A model generated the notes under the pieces. It had not been told where the DNA came from. It made no database searches and saw only the letters and a program-made list of their open reading frames with translations. From Pristiophorus japonicus (lineage: Eukaryota): 64,000 nucleotides of DNA. Positions 62,146 to 64,000 of the stretch are shown here, piece after piece (the first letter of the stretch is position 1; every line of letters starts with the position of its first letter). The stretch lies in assembly GCF_044704955.1 (NCBI RefSeq), contig NC_091998.1, forward strand, positions 41,106,001-41,170,000. Direction: 5' to 3'. Made by a program: the position numbers and the translations under genes.

Positions 62146-64000
62146 TGCGCAAAACATAAAAACAGATAGTAAAAGCTTTTACCGATATATAAAACGGAAG
62201 AGAGTGACTAAAGTTAATGTTGGTCCCTTAGAAGATGAGAAGGGGGATTTAATAATGGGAAATGCTGAGACCTTAAACAATTATTTTGCTTCGGTCTTCA
62301 CAGTGGAAGACACGAAAACCATGCCAAAAATTGCTGGTCATGGGAATGTGGGAAGGGAGGATCTTGAGATGATCACTATCACTAGGGAGGTAGTGCTGGA
62401 CAGGCGAATGGGACTCAAGGTAGACAAGTCCCCTGGTCCTGATGAAATGCATCCCAGGGTATTAAAAGAGATGGCGGAAGTTATAGCAGATGCATTCATT
62501 ATAATCTACCAAAATTCTCTGGACTCTGGGGAAGAACCAGCGGATTGGAAAGCAGCGAATGTAATGCCTCTGTTTAAAAAAGGGGCAGACAAAAGGCAGG
62601 TAACTATAGACCGGTTAGTTTAACATCTGTAGTGGGGAAAATGCTTGAAGCTCTCATTAAGGAAAAAATAGCAGAACATCTAGATAGGAATCGTGCAATC
62701 AATCAGACACAACATGGATTCATGAAGGGGAAATCATGTTTAACTAATTTACTGGAATTCTTTGAGGATATAACGAGCATGGTGGATAGAGGTGTACCGA
62801 TGGATGTGGTGTATTTAGATTTTCAAAAGGCATTCAATAAGGTGCCACACAAAAGGTTACTGCAGAAGATAGAGGTACGCGGAGTCAGAGGAAATGTATT
62901 TGCATGATCGAGAATTGGCTGGCTAACAGAAAGCAGAGAGTCGGGATGAATGGGTACTTTTTGGGTTGGACATCGGTGGTTAGTGGTGTGCCACAGGGAT
63001 CGGTGCTGGGACCACAACTGTTTACAATATACATAGATGACCTGGAAGAGGGGACAGAGTGTAGTGTAACAAAATTTGCAGATGACACAAAGATTAGTAG
63101 GAAAGTGGGTTGTGTAGGGGACACAGAGAGGCTGCAAAGAGATTTAGATAGGTTAAGCGAATGGGCTAAGGTTTGGCAGATGGAATACAATGTCGGAAAA
63201 TGTGAGGTCATCCACCTTGGAAAAAAAAACAGTAAAAGGGAATATTATTTGAATGGGGAGAAATTACAACATGCTGCGGTGCAGAGGGACCTGGGGGTCC
63301 TTGTACATGAATCCCAAAAAGTTAGTTTGCAGGTGCAGCAGGTAATCAGGAAGGTGAATGGAATGTTGGCCTTCATTGCGAGAGGGATGGAGTACAAAAG
63401 CAGCGAGGTCCTGCTGCAACTGTACAGGGTATTAGTGAGGCTGCACCTGGAGTACTGCGTGCAGTTTTGGTCACCTTACTTAAGGAAGGATATACTAGCC
63501 TTGGAGTGGGTACAGAGACGATTCACTAGATGGATTCCGGAGATGAGGGGGTTACCTTATGATGATAGATTGAGTAGACTGGGTCTTTACGTGTTGGAGT
63601 TCAGAAGGATGAGGGGTGATCTTATAGAAACATTTGAAATAATGAAAGGGATAGACAAGATAGAGGCAGAGAGGTTGTTTCCACTGGTCGGGGAGACTAG
63701 AACTAGGGGGCACAGCCTCAAAATACAGGGGAGCCAATTTAAAACCGAGTTGAGAAGGAATTTCTTCTCCCAGAGGGTTGTGAATCTGTGGAATTATCTG
63801 CCGAAGAAAGCAGTTGAGGCTAGCTCATTGAATGTATTCAAATCACAGATAGATAGATTTTTAACCAATAAGGGAATTAAGGGTTATGGGGAGCGGGCAG
63901 GTAAGTGGAGCTGAGTCCACGGCCAGATCAGCCATGATCTTTTTGAATGGCGGAGCAGGCTCGAGGGGCTAGATGGCCTACTCCTGTTCCTAATTCTTAT
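62146..64000 (+). mobile_element. 5'-truncated CR1 (same subfamily as 29173-31485)
   Basis: 336-aa RT/C-terminal ORF closely similar to 30.4-31.4 kb; tail begins at the window end. Confidence 0.96.

Noticed and set aside
1-64000. CRISPR arrays, rRNA genes or prokaryotic operons
   Set aside because: No repeat-spacer arrays or rRNA-like sequence; the content is eukaryotic repeat-rich DNA

Overview
Repeat-dense vertebrate genomic DNA, most likely from a cartilaginous fish (shark/ray-type CR1 LINEs, SacSINE1-like DeuSINEs and GC-rich Harbinger-type MITEs). Most of the window is transposon-derived: many CR1 copies (two retain ORF1 esterase plus EN-RT), RTE and L2 fragments, DeuSINEs, Harbinger-type MITEs, one internally deleted Harbinger (transposase plus Myb/SANT-like ORF) and a solo LTR. 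All long ORFs in the track belong to these elements. The unique islands between repeats carry an ordered set of minus-strand exon-like segments: ZU5-like (~48.2-48.6 kb), ZU5-like (42.2-42.6 kb), UPA-like (38.4-40.1 kb) and a death domain split by a clean 116-bp GT-AG intron (38.1-38.5 kb). Weaker death-domain-like segments and a RHIM-like exon (10.3-10.5 kb) follow. This suggests a divergent, apparently disabled PIDD1/DTHD1/ankyrin-class (ZU5-ZU5-UPA-DD) gene with a possible DD/RHIM extension. All domain calls are by-eye comparisons with remembered family motifs; no searches were run. Most repeat boundaries are approximate.
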